Origin: Chiloscyllium plagiosum
Lineage: Eukaryota
Direction: 5' to 3'
DNA: 64,000 nucleotides
Assembly: GCF_004010195.1 (NCBI RefSeq)
Contig: NC_057718.1
Coordinates: forward strand, 38,373,834 to 38,437,833
Part shown: piece after piece, positions 14,122 to 26,900 of the stretch
Layout of the letters: every line of letters begins with the position of its first letter
How positions within the stretch are numbered: position 1 is the stretch's first letter
Made by a program: the position numbers and the translations under genes
Notes under the pieces: generated by a model
Database searches by the model: none
What the model saw: the letters and a program-made list of their open reading frames with translations, nothing else
Told to the model about the DNA's origin: nothing

Positions 14122-14390
14122 AGTGGCACGGTGGCTCAGTAGTTAGTGCTGCTGCCTCACAGCGCCAGGAACCCGGGTTCAAATCCAGCCTCGGGTGACT
14201 GTGTGGCGTTTGCATATTCTGCCCATCGCTATGAGGGTTTCCTCTGGGTGCTCCGGTTTCCTCCCACAGACCAAAGATGTGCAAATTAGGTGAATTGGCC
14301 ATGCTAAATTGTCCACAGTGTTTCAGGGATGTGTGTGGATTTGTTGGGCCGAAGGGCCTGCTTCTACACTGTAGGGATTCTAATTCTAAT
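14122..14390 (+). mobile_element. HE1/V-SINE-like SINE
   Basis: tRNA-derived head with A-box (TGGCTCAGTAG) and B-box (GGTTCAAATCC), V-domain-like core and short-repeat tail. Confidence 0.85.
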
Positions 14391-15719
14391 TCTTTCATTT
14401 AAATAATATCTTGGGAATAAAACCTCCCAAGGAATTTCACAGGAACATTAGCACACAGTCAAGTTTTCTTCAATAAAGAGATTAATCCAAGAGATAAATC
14501 TGGAATTTAAAAAAACTAGGCTCAATAATAATGAAATTACTGTATTGTTCTGGTTCTCTGCATTAAATGCCAGTTGGAAGAAGTACATGAGGGTAGGAAG
14601 GGCAGACATCAGTGTTTCTTACCAAGAGTGGCTCAATACCACTATCGCTGAATTGATCAAACCCTGAAGGATTAATCTACCTGACTGGGTCTATATCAGG
14701 TAGTGAGAGAACCAGTACGAAGGTGGAAAAAACACTGCCTAAGTCTGTGTGAGTTACCTGTTACAGGTGCTTCTAACTATCATAGAAATAGTGAAATTAG
14801 CCATTTCGTAGCTGTAATGGAGCCAAAGCCTCGTCTTTACACTAATGATATAAAATGTGTTGCGTGATATACCACTGTGCTAAATGGGATGTAGACCTAC
14901 CAGCTCAGAACTGGGCATGCAGAAGACCTTGTGAACCATAAGCAACAACAGATTTATATTCACCACAAATGATACACTTATGACCCAGCAAAGCCTCACT
15001 CTAGCATTACCATTGAAACAAAAAACAAATCCTACTTCAATAAGTTATGTCAGAGAGCACTAAATATTTCAAACAATTATATGACAGGTGAACTCAGAGC
15101 TACATGCAAACTCAGCAGCATGCAATAGGTAGAGCAAAGCAAGACAATCAACAGATCAGATCATGTCTCAACAATCCTTCCACATTCAGTTGTGAATGAT
15201 GGTAGACAATTAATTTACAGAAGGTGGATGGAGCTTCTCAAACATCCCCATCCACAATGATGGCAGAACCCAGTGAAAGACAAAGCTGAAGTGTTTGCAA
15301 CCATTGTCAGCCAGAAATACAGATAAAGAAAGGACAATGCTTGGGACCTTCACTCATCTTCAGGGAGCGGAGATAGTTGGACCTGCATGAGACTCATCCA
15401 GTCAGAAATATTTGGCATTTGACCCAAGTGTGCACAAAAATCCAGGAGTGACATCATAGCAAAATTGTAAGTGCTTTGGTTGGTGAGAAGTTGCTGTTAG
15501 GAGTGTGAACTTAAATTGTTTAAAGTTTGAAAGCCATATTATTAATAAAGAAGTGGTAACTATTTGGGTTTCAATAAGGAACAGTATCAAATGGGAAAAT
15601 AGACTTTCATCCAGCCAAAGTAAAACAAAATAATAAACCAAAGGAAAATAAGGGTAGACTGAGTAGTCACCAGTAAATTTTACACATCCTCAAGTTAACA
15701 AGTGGTACTTAGATTAATG

Positions 15720-16900
15720 GGATGGCAGGCCAGCGAGATCCAGTAGTAAATGTGAAATTCTGGACATACCATTGGCATAGCCAAATGTGGCTGCACAAGC
15801 TTGAGCTCTGGGTTTCAGAACCTCAACAGCAGCAAGAGTTCCTGTTATACACTCACATGCAAAGAACTATCTGAATAACATCCAGGGAGGTGGTCGCACT
15901 GCAGATCAGAAGTGGGCATGCAGACAGGGAATCAATGTCCACCAGGCCTTTTAAGAAAACAAGGCAGGTATGACAGGAGTGCCATCAGTCTATCCTGGTT
16001 CCTATTCTGGAAACTGGTGAGGCAATTGGTTCCTGAGGGAGTGCAGTCAGAGCCAGGTCCATAGTACCATGGGGGACGAGGAGAAAGAAGAATGGAAGGG
16101 CAGTAGTGATATGGGATTCCATTGTCAGGGGATCAGATGAGCATTTCTGTAGGATTAAAAGTGATTTTGAGACGGGCTATTGCCTTCCTGGTATGAGTGG
16201 GTGCAAGTCATTCTTCTGAGGGAGGCACAATCAGTCAGAAGTCAGACTCCACAGTGGTACCAACTTAATAGGTAGAAAGGAATGAGATCCTGAAAGAATA
16301 TTTTAAGGAGTTAGGAAGGAAATGCAGGACCTCACGTGTAGTAATCTGAGGATCACTGCTAGTGGAATGCACTTGTGAGCTTAAGAACAGAAGGACTGAT
16401 CAGTTTAACAGGTGGCTGGAGATCTGGTGTAGGAATAGAACCATAAAATTTCTAAAGCATTAGGAGTTATTCTGGGGTTCATGGTACACATACAAGCTAA
16501 CACCTTAACAATAACACCATAAGACATAGGAGCATAATTAGGTCTTTCAGCTTATTGAATTTGCTCCACCATTCAATCACGGCTGATATGTTTCTCAACC
16601 CTATTCTCCTGCCTTCTCCCTGTAACCCTCGATCCCTTCGCAATCAAGAATCTATCTACTTTTGTCTTAAATACTGAATGACGGCCTCCACAGCCCTCTG
16701 TAACAATGAGTTCCACAGATTAACCACTCTCTGGCTGAAGAAATCTCTCCTCAACTCAATTTTAAACAGTTTTTTCCTTCACTCTGAGGCTGTGCTCTTG
16801 GATCCTAGTCTCTCCTCCTAGTGGGAACATCTCTGTACTGGGACTGATATCCTCATATGGAGATGTGCTGGTACTATTGGGGTAGCTTTAAACTAGCTTG
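15720..16900 (+). mobile_element. Degenerate CR1 ORF1 region, with a nested minus-strand CR1 3' end at about 16515-16830
   Basis: Frameshifted AVVI(G)DSIVRG and GTN esterase remnants. The nested piece carries the CR1 3' UTR in reverse. Confidence 0.6.
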
Positions 16901-16904
16901 CCAA

Positions 16905-17710
16905 GGGGTTGAGTGTGGTGCTGGAAAAGCACAGCCGATCAGGCAGCATCTAAGAGCAGAAGAATTGACGTTTAGAGTATAAGCTGTTCCTCAGGAATGA
17001 GGCTTATGGCCCATGGGGGCTGAGAGATAAATGGGGGCGGGGGGGTGGTTGGGTCAGGAGGAAGGTGTTGAGAATGCGATAGGTTGGAGAAGATAGGTGG
17101 GAAGGCAGGTGTACAGGTAGGACTGTTCAGGAAGCAGATAGTTGGGAAGGAAGATGGACAGATTAGATTCTTTGCAGTGTGGAAACAGGCCGTTTGGCCC
17201 AACAGGTCCACACTGACCCTCCAAAGAGTGACCCACCTCCCTCTGACTAATGCACTGAACACTATGGGCAATTTAGCATAACCAATTCAACTGGCTGCAC
17301 ATCTTTGGACTGTGGGAGGAAATCGGAGCACCTGGAGGAAACCCACGCAGACACAGGGAGAATGTACAAACTCCACAGGCAGTTGCCCAAGACTGGAATT
17401 GAATTCAGGTCCCTGGTGCTGTGAGGTAGCAGTGCTAACCACTGAGCTGCCGTGCTGTGACAGGTCGAACCATTCAAGAAGCAGATAAGTGGGAAGGAAT
17501 CACTTTCAGCCCCACTTTCATCTATCACTTTCCCAGCAACCTTCCCCCCTCATTTATCTCACAGTCCCCTTGGCCTATAAGCCTCATTCCTGATGAAGGG
17601 TTTATGCCTGACATGTCAACTCTCCTGCTCGTCAGATGCTGTCTGACCAGCTGTATTTTTCCAGCACCACACTCTTTGACTCTGATCTGCATCTGCAGTT
17701 CTCACTGTGT
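16905..17710. mobile_element. Fold-back Penelope-like terminal element interrupted by an HE1-like SINE (about 17160-17455, minus strand)
   Basis: The left part (gtggtgctggaaaagcacag...) is the reverse complement of the right part (...ttttccagcaccacac). Degenerate hammerhead motifs at about 16967-16994 (-) and 17590-17617 (+). Confidence 0.75.
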
Positions 17711-17989
17711 TCCAAGTGCTGTTTAGCATGGAGGAATGGGATTAATCAGCTTAGAGTGGGTGGTTCACAGTCATCAGCAGGAGGCTTCCTTGCTTATGTT
17801 TAACCTGTAGCCATGACAATGCATGTGGTTTCCCAGGACAACTCCTTCCCGACTGTTTACAACTACGTCACCACCTCAGCTGAATCTGTCCTGTTTTTAT
17901 GTTCGACCCATATGGCCTCAACTGAGGAGCCTTCTAAGGTATTGTCCCTCTTTATTCCAATAACTGACTCCTTTATATATACTGCGACA

Positions 17990-18305
17990 TTAGATTAGAT
18001 TTTTAGATTAGATTACTTTACAGTGTGGAAACAGGCCCTTCGGCCCAACAAGTCCACACCGACCCGCCGAAGCGTAACCCACCCATACCCCTACATTTAC
18101 CCCTTACCTAACACTACGGGCAATTTAGCATGGCCAATTCACCTGACCTGCACATCTTTGGACTGTGGGAGGAAACCGGAGCACCCGGAGGAAACCCCAC
18201 GCAGACACGGGGAGAACGTGCAAACTCCACACAGTCAGTCGCCTGAGACGGGAATTGGACCCGGGTCTCTGGCGCTGCGAGCCAGCAGTGCTAACCACTA
18301 TGCCG
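17990..18305 (-). mobile_element. Near full-length HE1/V-SINE-like SINE
   Basis: tRNA head, V-domain and (TCTAA)n tail; very similar to 30291-30559. Confidence 0.88.
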
Positions 18306-19439
18306 CCCACAAAACCTCCTCTTTTCAAATCAACCCTGACTCACTTTAAGGTAGTATATTTTGCGATATAAACTGCCAGTCTTGAGGGTTAAAGGACACT
18401 GGAGGATTTGCCAACTATTACCTCGAGGGAAGGATCCACAGCTTGTCTTTCACCATGAAATACGGGGTTGGACAGTAAAGGTTATCTATCTGTGATTTGG
18501 ACTTTTCTTAGAGAATGAAGTGTATGCTTAAGAAGCATAATAAAGTATAACTTTGACAGTATGATCTTCAGACATTGTAAAAATGGGGATATTTTCTGTA
18601 GTTCATGTTATAAGGGGTCTTGAAATAATGTTGAGTCCATGTAGTTTTTGGTGTAGTTTGAGTGATTAGACGGTTACACGATCAGTTACTTTGTAAAAGG
18701 ACCCATAGAACCTAAGACGAGAGACGGAATTTCCCTAGGTGGCCAATTATTAATTTTAGATTCCGTGATTATAATCTGATCGTTTGTGTTTTCTATTTTT
18801 GTTCTTAGAGGACAAGCCGCGTGCATCTCCACTGTCGCCCTTTCATAAGAGCGTGTTATTAACAATTGCATCTGTTCCGTTAACACAGCATTATCATCAA
18901 TGTGTTTAACTTCATCAGTCAAGGTTGCAAGGTCCAGATCATATGAGTTACTGGTTTCCCAATGGCAAATGCCATAAAAATGAGTAACTGCTGCGAGGGG
19001 TTCAATTTCCAATTCCGTTAAGGATCAGATTGTGGAAGGCCAGTCAAAATACCAATGGATAGCATGATAGTTTTAAATGAATTGCAAAATAGGGACCTGG
19101 AATCTGCGGTGCATTGAATTGTGTTGTTGCTTTTGTTGTATTTTGCGATTACAGCTTCAACTCACATGTTCCAATAATAGGTCCATCAACTTTAAAACGT
19201 TGTCTGCCTCTTTCTCTAATGAGTATTTAGAGTATTGACATTTTTCTCGGTGATCTGTCGGCGGTGTGTTAGTGGAGGTCACATTTGCTTCTAAATCACA
19301 ATGTCCATTGATTCAAGTCCCAGTCCGGGATTAGAAATTGAAAAGGAAAATGATTTCGGGCTCATGTTTCAGTGTAACAGTGGAATAGCCCAAAACATAA
19401 ACCGCACTCGCAAGAGGTAGGGAGTTACCCCCCACAGTA

Positions 19440-19534
19440 CAGGCCCACAGTGTCCCTGCATCAACAATAAACCGTTGGCCGGTGATCCGGAAGCAGTCCC
19501 GCCGGAACCGGAGGTTGGCGGCATTTGAGCCAAG
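19440..19534 (+). promoter_or_regulatory. MRPS10: MRPS10 promoter/5' UTR with clustered ETS/GABP-type CCGGAA motifs
   Basis: CpG-rich patch containing CCGGAAG, CCGGAAC and CCGGAG in tandem (about 19487-19513) just before the aagATGG start. This is typical of nuclear-encoded mitochondrial housekeeping promoters. Confidence 0.6.
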
Positions 19535-19600
19535 ATGGCGACTATTTTGCGTAGTCTCCGTGCCGTTTCCAGGGGCAGATCGTTATTCCGGCTGTATCAG
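19535..19600 (+). CDS. MRPS10: MRPS10 (mitochondrial ribosomal protein S10/uS10m), exon 1 (transit peptide)
   Basis: Strong Kozak context aagATGG. MATILRSLRAVSRGRSLFRLYQ is Arg-rich with no acidic residues, like a mitochondrial presequence. Donor CAG|GTAAAG. Confidence 0.85.
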
Positions 19601-19619
19601 GTAAAGTTTGACTGGTTTT

Positions 19620-20243
19620 TCTTTTGCACACCCTCCTCTCAATCCCCGAAGTTTCTGTGATGGTGTTTCGTCAGTCAGGAAGCGGTCAGCACGTAGCGTC
19701 CTCGAGACCCTGCAGGAAAAGGAGAGGTTCGATTCTGTCGCGTGGATCGCTGAGCAGACCGTCAGAGACAAAACGTAGCTTGGTTGTTGGTGAGAAGGAC
19801 ACTGGCCGTACAATCTTTCATGGATGCTTGGCCTTTGTGCACCACTGCACGGTGTCCTCGATGTGACTGCACTGGTGAAGAAACTGTTACACATCTACTA
19901 AAATGTGCCTTTGCAAAGAATATCTGGCAAGACATGCAGTGATTTTTGTTGAGGTTCGCTCAGAGCAGTTCTGTGATTCAGTACTGTGTGCTCTACGGGG
20001 CTGTTTTCAGGGACTCGCACTGAGACAAGCATTGACTGTGCCTGGAAGACCACCAACTCGGTGAAAGACAGTCTTCATTCTGCCTGAACCTTGTTGATCT
20101 CCCAGGGTAAAGAGTTGACCGCAAGCAAATGTTGCAGTTTGGTATGTTCGAGGTCCAGCATTAAGTGCTGAAGGATGCATTAAAGCCAAGGTGCAGTGCG
20201 GAACGATCACCATCTAAGGTCCTTCTGCTGAAGTGTAAACTGA
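19620..20243 (+). mobile_element. Tx1-clade LINE ORF2 C-terminal (zinc-knuckle) remnant in MRPS10 intron 1
   Basis: Frameshifted remnants CTTARCPR, EETVTHLL-CAFAK-IW, VLYG-LF-GT-TETSIDCAWKTTNSVKD and VLKDALK. Confidence 0.7.
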
Positions 20244-20256
20244 GTCTATTCAGTTA

Positions 20257-22327
20257 CTGGATTAGTGGTGCGGAAAAAGCACAGCAGTTCAGGCAGCATC
20301 TGAAGAGCAGTAAAATTGACGCTTCAGGCAAAAGCCCTTCATCAGGAATACAGGCAGAGTGCCTGAAGGGTGGAGAGATAAATGAGAGGAGGATGGGGGT
20401 GGGGAGAAAGTAGCATAGTGTATAATAGGTGAGTGGGGGTGGGGATGAAGGTGATAGGTCAGAGAGGAGGGTAGAGTGGATAGGTGGAAAGGAAAGTAGG
20501 CAGGTAGGACAAGTCATGGGGACAGAGCTGAGCTGGAAGTTTGGAACTGGGGTGAGGTGGGGAAGGGGANNNNNNNNNNNNNNNNNNNNNNNNNNNNNNN
20601 NNNNNNNNNNNNNNNNNNNNNNNNNNNNNNNNNNNNNNNNNNNNNNNNNNNNNNNNNNNNNNNNNNNNNNNNNNNNNNNNNNNNNNNNNNNNNNNNNNNN
20701 NNNNNNNNNNNNNNNNNNNNNNNNNNNNNNNNNNNNNNNNNNNNNNNNNNNNNNNNNNNNNNNNNNNNNNNNNNNNNNNNNNNNNNNNNNNNNNNNNNNN
20801 NNNNNNNNNNNNNNNNNNNNNNNNNNNNNNNNNNNNNNNNNNNNNNNNNNNNNNNNNNNNNNNNNNNNNNNNNNNNNNNNNNNNNNNNNNNNNNNNNNNN
20901 NNNNNNNNNNNNNNNNNNNNNNNNNNNNNCCCTGGTGGTGGGGTCCGTTTGGAGGTGGCAGAAATGTCGGCGGATGATTTAGTTTATGTGAAGGTTGGTA
21001 GGGTGGAAGTTGAGCACCAGGGGGGTTCTGTTCTTGTTACGGTTGGAGGGGTGGGGTCTGAGGGTGGAGGTGCGGGATGTGGATGAGGTGCTATGGAGGG
21101 CATCTTTAACCACGTGGGAAGGGAAATAGCCTCCTTCTTTAGAGACTGCAATCTGGTGTGTTCTGTGGTGGAACTGGTCCTCCTGGGAGCAGATATGGCG
21201 GAGGTGGAGGAATTGGAAATATGGGATGGCATTTTCGCAAGAGGTAGGTTGGGAACAGGGACCCCACCCCTCCAACCATAACAGGGCTTCCCATGTGGTT
21301 AAAGATGCCCTCCAACACATATCATCCACATCCTGCACCTCCACCCTCAGACTCCACCCCTCCAACCATAACAAGGACAGAACCCCCTTGGTGCTCACCT
21401 TCCACCCTACCAACCTTCGCATAAACCAAATCATCCGCCGACATTTCCACCACCTCCAAATGAACCCCACCACCAGGGATATATTTCCCTCCCCACTCCT
21501 TTCCGCCTTCTGCAAAGACTGTTTCCTCTGTGATTACCTGGTCAGGTCCACGCCTCCCAACAACCCACGCTCCTGTCCTGGCACCTTCCCCTGCCACCGC
21601 AGGAATTGCAAAACCTGTGCCCACACCTCCTCCATCCAACGCCCTAAAGGAGCCTTCCACATCCATCAAAGTTTTACCTGCACATCCACCAACATTGTTT
21701 ATTGTATCCGTTGCTCCCGATGCGATCTCCCCTACATTGGGGAGGCTGAACGCCTCCTAGGGAACATCTCTGGGACACCCGCACCAGTCAACCACACCGC
21801 CCTGTGGCCCAACATTTCAACTCCCCCTCCCACTCTGCCGAGGACATGGAGGTCCTGGGCCTCCTTCACCGCCGCTTCTCACCACCCGACGCCTGGAGGA
21901 AGAACGCCTCATCTTCCGCCTCGGAACACTTCAACCCCAAGGCATCAATGTGGACTTCAACAGTTTTCTCATTTCTTCTTCCCCCACCTCAACCCAGTTC
22001 CAAAACTTCCAGCTCAGCACTGTCTCCATGACTTGTCCTACATGCCTATCTTGTTTTCCACCTATCCACTCCACCTTCCTCCCTGACCTATCACCTTCAT
22101 CCCCACCCTCACTCACCTATTGTATTCTATGCTACTTTCTTCCCACCCCCACCCTCCTCTCATTTATCTCTCCACCCTTCAGGCACTCTGCCTGTATTCC
22201 TGATGAAGGGCTTTTGCCTGAAGCGTCGATTTTACTGCTCTTCGGATGCTTCCTGAACTCATGTGCTTTTCCAGCACCACTAATCCAGAATCTGGTTTCC
22301 AGCATCTGCAGTCATTGTTTTTACCTG
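20257..22327 (+). mobile_element. Penelope-like (Neptune-type) retroelement with GIY-YIG endonuclease and a long inverted 5' arm
   Basis: ORF 21226-22086 has PCHRRNCKTC...SFTCTSTNIVYCIRCSRCDLPYIGE and HFNSPSHS. Positions 20257-21250 are the reverse complement of the right arm. TSD GTCTATTCA(G/A)TTA at 20244-20256 and 22328-22340. Confidence 0.9.
20570..20929. other. Assembly gap (N run)
   Basis: Run of N inside the inverted arm of the PLE. Confidence 0.99.
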
Positions 22328-23417
22328 GTCTATTCAATTAGCTGACCGTCGCGTTGTCACAATGTATGTAAATAGTATCCTGCATGAATAAGAAGTGCCT
22401 TTGTTTTTGCAACTGCAGGAAATGTCAAATTCCAATGTTTGTTTTATTTTGATATGCAATGACTGTACAAAACTACTTTCGTAGCTGTGAGCATACTTCA
22501 TTCAGAAAAAAAATTTCTGTATGTTTTTCAAATTAAAAAATCATTATCGCTCTCCATAGTTTTAAACACTGCTGACCTTCTAACTATATTTATTGACCTC
22601 TGATTGACTGACAATTAGGAATTACACCACCTTCACAAACATAAAACAAAACTGTAGATGCTGGAGTTTTGAAGTGTAAACAGAAATTGCTGGCGAAACT
22701 CAGCAGGTTTGGCAGCGTGTGCAGGTAGAAAGCAGAGTTAACGTGTCCACTCTGAAGAAGTCACCAGACTCAATGCTAACTTTGCTTTCTCTCGACAAAT
22801 GCTGCAGACTTGCTGAGTTTCACCAACAATTTCTGTTTTTGACATACACAAACATCTTCAAGCTGTTCATCTTCCATAAGAGCAGCAGAATAATACTCTT
22901 CTGCTATGTTTCCGGATTTCCATATTCATCAACAATATCCAGGTGCTATTGATTGGTGTCTGCTTCAATCAGTTCTTTGAGAATAAAATGTTCCACTTGA
23001 GCATTACACAATATAACTGTCTCGAGAATATTGAGTCATTGTGAAAATTAAATGGGGATATTTTCTGTAATTTATGCTATGAATTGGTCAGATTGTTCAT
23101 TTTCATAACTATACCACTTCTTTTGCTGTTTGTTTTAAATCTCTGATGTTTCATCCTCTATCAGCAATCACTGGTCATCTAGTCTCCCCCTTCACTTTAT
23201 AACTTTAAAACCGTTGATCTACGTAATCAATTCAGCTTTTGTGAAACAGCCAATATTTCTTTCCTATTTGTATTTTCTCTTAACATCCAAGTGAATTTGT
23301 AATGTATTGCACCCTCAATATCCTTCTTATAATGTGAAACCTAAAACTGTACATAGCATTCCAATTGTTATCTCACTAAGGTTTTCTATCTTTTCACCAC
23401 TTTGATGATTGAAGCTG

Positions 23418-23730
23418 AAAATCACACAACACCAGGTTATAGTCCAACAGGTTTATTTGGAAGTACAAGCCTTCAGAGCACTGCTCCTTCGTCAGGCATC
23501 TCGTGTGGCACGATCATAGGACACATAAATTATAGTAAATCTCCAAGAAGATCGTGCATATTGACATGTTTACTATAAATTCCTGTACTATGATCTTGCC
23601 CCACTAGCTACCTGTTGAAGGAGCAGCGCTCTGAAAGCTTGTACTTCCAAATAAACCTGTTGGACTGTAACCTGGGGTTGTGTGACTTTTAACTTTGTCT
23701 ACCCCAGTCCAATACCTGGCACCTCCACAT
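23418..23730. mobile_element. Fold-back miniature element, probably PLE-derived (hammerhead family C)
   Basis: Arms aaaatcacacaacaccaggttatagtccaacaggtttatttggaagtacaagc... and ...gcttgtacttccaaataaacctgttggactgtaacctggggttgtgtgactttt are inverted copies, each with a hammerhead-like core. Confidence 0.75.
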
Positions 23731-25644
23731 CTTGATGTTTTAAATACTTATACCCCTTCTGTGGCCTTACTTGAATGTTGTTTTTAATGTACTCCATGTT
23801 ATTCAACATCTCCTTTGCTGTGCCCAAATCTACCACTTCATACTTACATTTGCTACTCTTTTGCCCATTCTACTATATTTGATTTGTAATTTTGATCTTA
23901 GAATTATTAAGATGCCTCTTAGTTCAGTGTGATCAAGAAATTTGGACACATTCCTAACTCTACACCCAGATATTTGGTTTATTCAGTTGACATAAGCAGC
24001 TCCAGAACAGAACTCTGGGAAGGTGCTACCTACCACCAAACACTGTTGGAACTGGATTTTGTTTTTTTTTGGTTGAGGTGAAAGAGGTCTGATCAATAGA
24101 GTGCCCACTGTTTCATCTTAGTGAATCAAACATCAGATTTCATTCATGGACATCCGATGAGAAGGCAGCCATGCAGTAGTGCAAAGGGGATGGATCTCCA
24201 TGTGCTTTTGGAAATATAGGCTGGAATATCATGCAGCTGTGTTTTATCATAATTATGATTAGGTGAGGACGGGTAAAGACTCCCCTGTTAAGCCATTCCT
24301 TGTTTGACAGTAACAGGTGTTGGCTTTAGAATTTATAGAGGATGTATATTCTAATTCTTCTGTGTTTTGAGACAATGAAGACTTTACTCAGACAGGTTCC
24401 CTTCATCTAAACAAAGAACAAAGTAAGTTTATTAAAACTCTGTTCCCCAAGCTAAAAAAAGACGAGGTAATGCAACACCATTCATATGATCACATGCATT
24501 TGCCTAAGCTTGCACACACGCACAGAAGTAGAATTGGAAATCCATGAAAGTTAAAGCAAGGGAGCATACGTTTAGCTGGACCTCAACTGGTCTTGACAAA
24601 TATTGACTAGCTGTTTCTAATTATTATCTCTTCATCTTGAGAAATGTATGTTTGAGCACACATTGAAAATTGACCAACTGAAGACTCCGAAGACTCCATT
24701 CCTTAGATCAATGCCAAATCTGTTTCCAAACTGTAAAAGATCAATTCCTGTACCTTCTGGCTGAAATCAGCTCTCAGACCACATAGATCCTCTTCACCCA
24801 TTTCTGTCAATGTAGGTATGTGAAAAGATTCTGAAAAGTATCGTTCTCATTTTAAGTATGATTTGTGGCCTTGCCAAAGTGCTCTAAAGCAAATTTCTTT
24901 TCTTACATCCCAGCCTTTTCTCAGTTTGATTCCATCCACCTCCAAAACTTGCTCAATCCAATGCTCTAATCATACACATTATTATCACTGATAAGCTTAA
25001 CCTTATTTAATGTTTCTGAAGAAGGGTCACTAGACTCAAACATTTACTCTGTTTTCTCTTCACATATACTGCCAGACCCGAGTTTCTCCAGCAATTTTTG
25101 TTTTTGTTTCAGATTTCCAGCTTCCACAATTCTTTGTTTTACATGTTTCTTGATGCCTGGCCAAACTGTACTCTTTGTAAGGTACACATTTATTCACATC
25201 AGTCTTCAACAAACTGTCTGATATCTAGAACCTAATCCTCTTTACTTCCAACATCAGTGGCTCGCCCTTCAGCCAGTTTGGTTTTGTCCTCTGGGACTTT
25301 TTTTGGAAACCACACCTCATTGCTTTCAAATTTCCAACACTTAATAGTGTTGATGCCGCTGAAAACATTTCTTACTGCTTAGTGTTCACCATTTCCTCTT
25401 TTCCTTTTATCATTCTCAAAAATATCTGTCGCCCTGGAAATGCCAATTATTAGAAGGCATCCAGTTGTTGTAACTGAATCTCCAAGGACTGTCTTTATTG
25501 AGGGAGGTAATGTAACATTGTTGAAGTGCTATTGTTTGAATAAAGTTCAATTCTTTAGGAAGTTAAAAAATGTATATCTTATACTTCAGATTCTTTGATA
25601 AATGTATATGAATAACTTTTTAAAAGAATCGCTTTGACTTTCAG

Positions 25645-25703
25645 GCTAATCGAATTCCAGTTTTGAATTATGCCAGCCACAATATGATAAGCGTACCCCT
25701 TTG
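25645..25703 (+). CDS. MRPS10: MRPS10 exon 2
   Basis: tttcAG acceptor and TG|GTAAGT donor. Open in phase 0 (ANRIPVLNYASHNMISVPL), ending in phase 2, which bridges exons 1 and 3. The sequence itself is poorly conserved. Confidence 0.7.
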
Positions 25704-26559
25704 GTAAGTTCATACCTTTCAGCTGACTTCAGAATAAGAATGTTTCTATTCATATTGTTTTAGAAAAGCTGAGATAAAGAATTCTTAATATGTATTTATG
25801 CAACACACATGATATTAGTATAGAGTATTTGGAGATCAAACCCAAATTCAGAGAGACACTGGAGATGGGAGTTTCAAGGTGGTTTACTCATTTTAAGGTT
25901 TTTTAAAATGTGTCTGTATGTTCAGTTGTCATTAGTGATATTATGACAACTGATTAGGTGGAGTCACTGTGGAAGAGTGTGATGCTGGAAAAGCACAGTC
26001 GGCAAGGCAGTAGCTGAGTAGCAGGAGGTTTGACGTTTCAGGCATATAAGCCCTTCATCACTCTGCTCAGGTTCTAAGAACACCTGGGTAAATATCAAGA
26101 ATGAAATTTTCAGTAATGTCTTATGTTTATTATGTTTCTGCTGTTTGTAGTTAAACTTTCTCATACTCATATTGTCAAACAAATCAATAGAAATAAAATG
26201 TATAGTGTCATTGATTTTTAAGGGGGCACAGAGATGCCTGCTTTAAAATTTAAACATCGCCTGCCAGTTACCTAGTAACTCGTGCATTTTTCATGGCAAT
26301 GTTCACTAGTTAGTCCACTTGCCAACCAATCAGTACTCCTCTCGTGCAATATAAATGTGTGTTTTCCCTTTGAAGTAATGCTGTTGTTAATTGGCTAGGT
26401 GAGTGTGAGGTGAAAACCTTTGATAAAATATGTATTTTTCCCAGCAGTACTCAGGTTCTGTACCAAATATCTGTTGGAGTATCAAATGTTTATGCATTAA
26501 ATAATAGCCATCTGACCTGTATTAATGGGTTGAAGAAGTTGTTGTCATAATGATATTGG

Positions 26560-26900
26560 TGTAGCAATTGAGAGACATAGGTTCAATTTACATACAGTTT
26601 AATAAAATCTGGAATTGAAAGCTAATACCAGTAATGATAACCATGGTAATTATTATCAATTGTCATTTTTTTAAAAAACTATCTAGTTCACTAATGCTCT
26701 TCAGGAAAGGAAATCTGCCATCCTTACCTGGTCTGAGCTCTGTCATTTCAGAGCCACAGCAATGTGGTTGACTCTTAACTTCTCTTTAACTTCTCTTAAC
26801 TTCTCTGAGTGACTGGAAAGTCACTCAGTTCAAGGAAATTGGGGATAGGCAAAAAAGGCCTGTTAAAATACCAGTGATGCCTACATCCAATGAAAAAAAT
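26560..26900 (+). mobile_element. Old SINE resembling the SacSINE1/DeuSINE group (other copies about 27040-27490 -, 31540-31700 +, 47490-47750 -, 56270-56580 -)
   Basis: Shared core gttcactaatg-ccttcaggaaggaaatctgcc-tccttacctggtctg...gccacagcaatgtggttgactcttaact recurs in the window. The family name is from recall. Confidence 0.55.

Noticed and set aside
18686..19012. 108-aa minus-strand ORF upstream of MRPS10
   Set aside because: Non-ATG start, no recognisable domain and no supporting splice structure.
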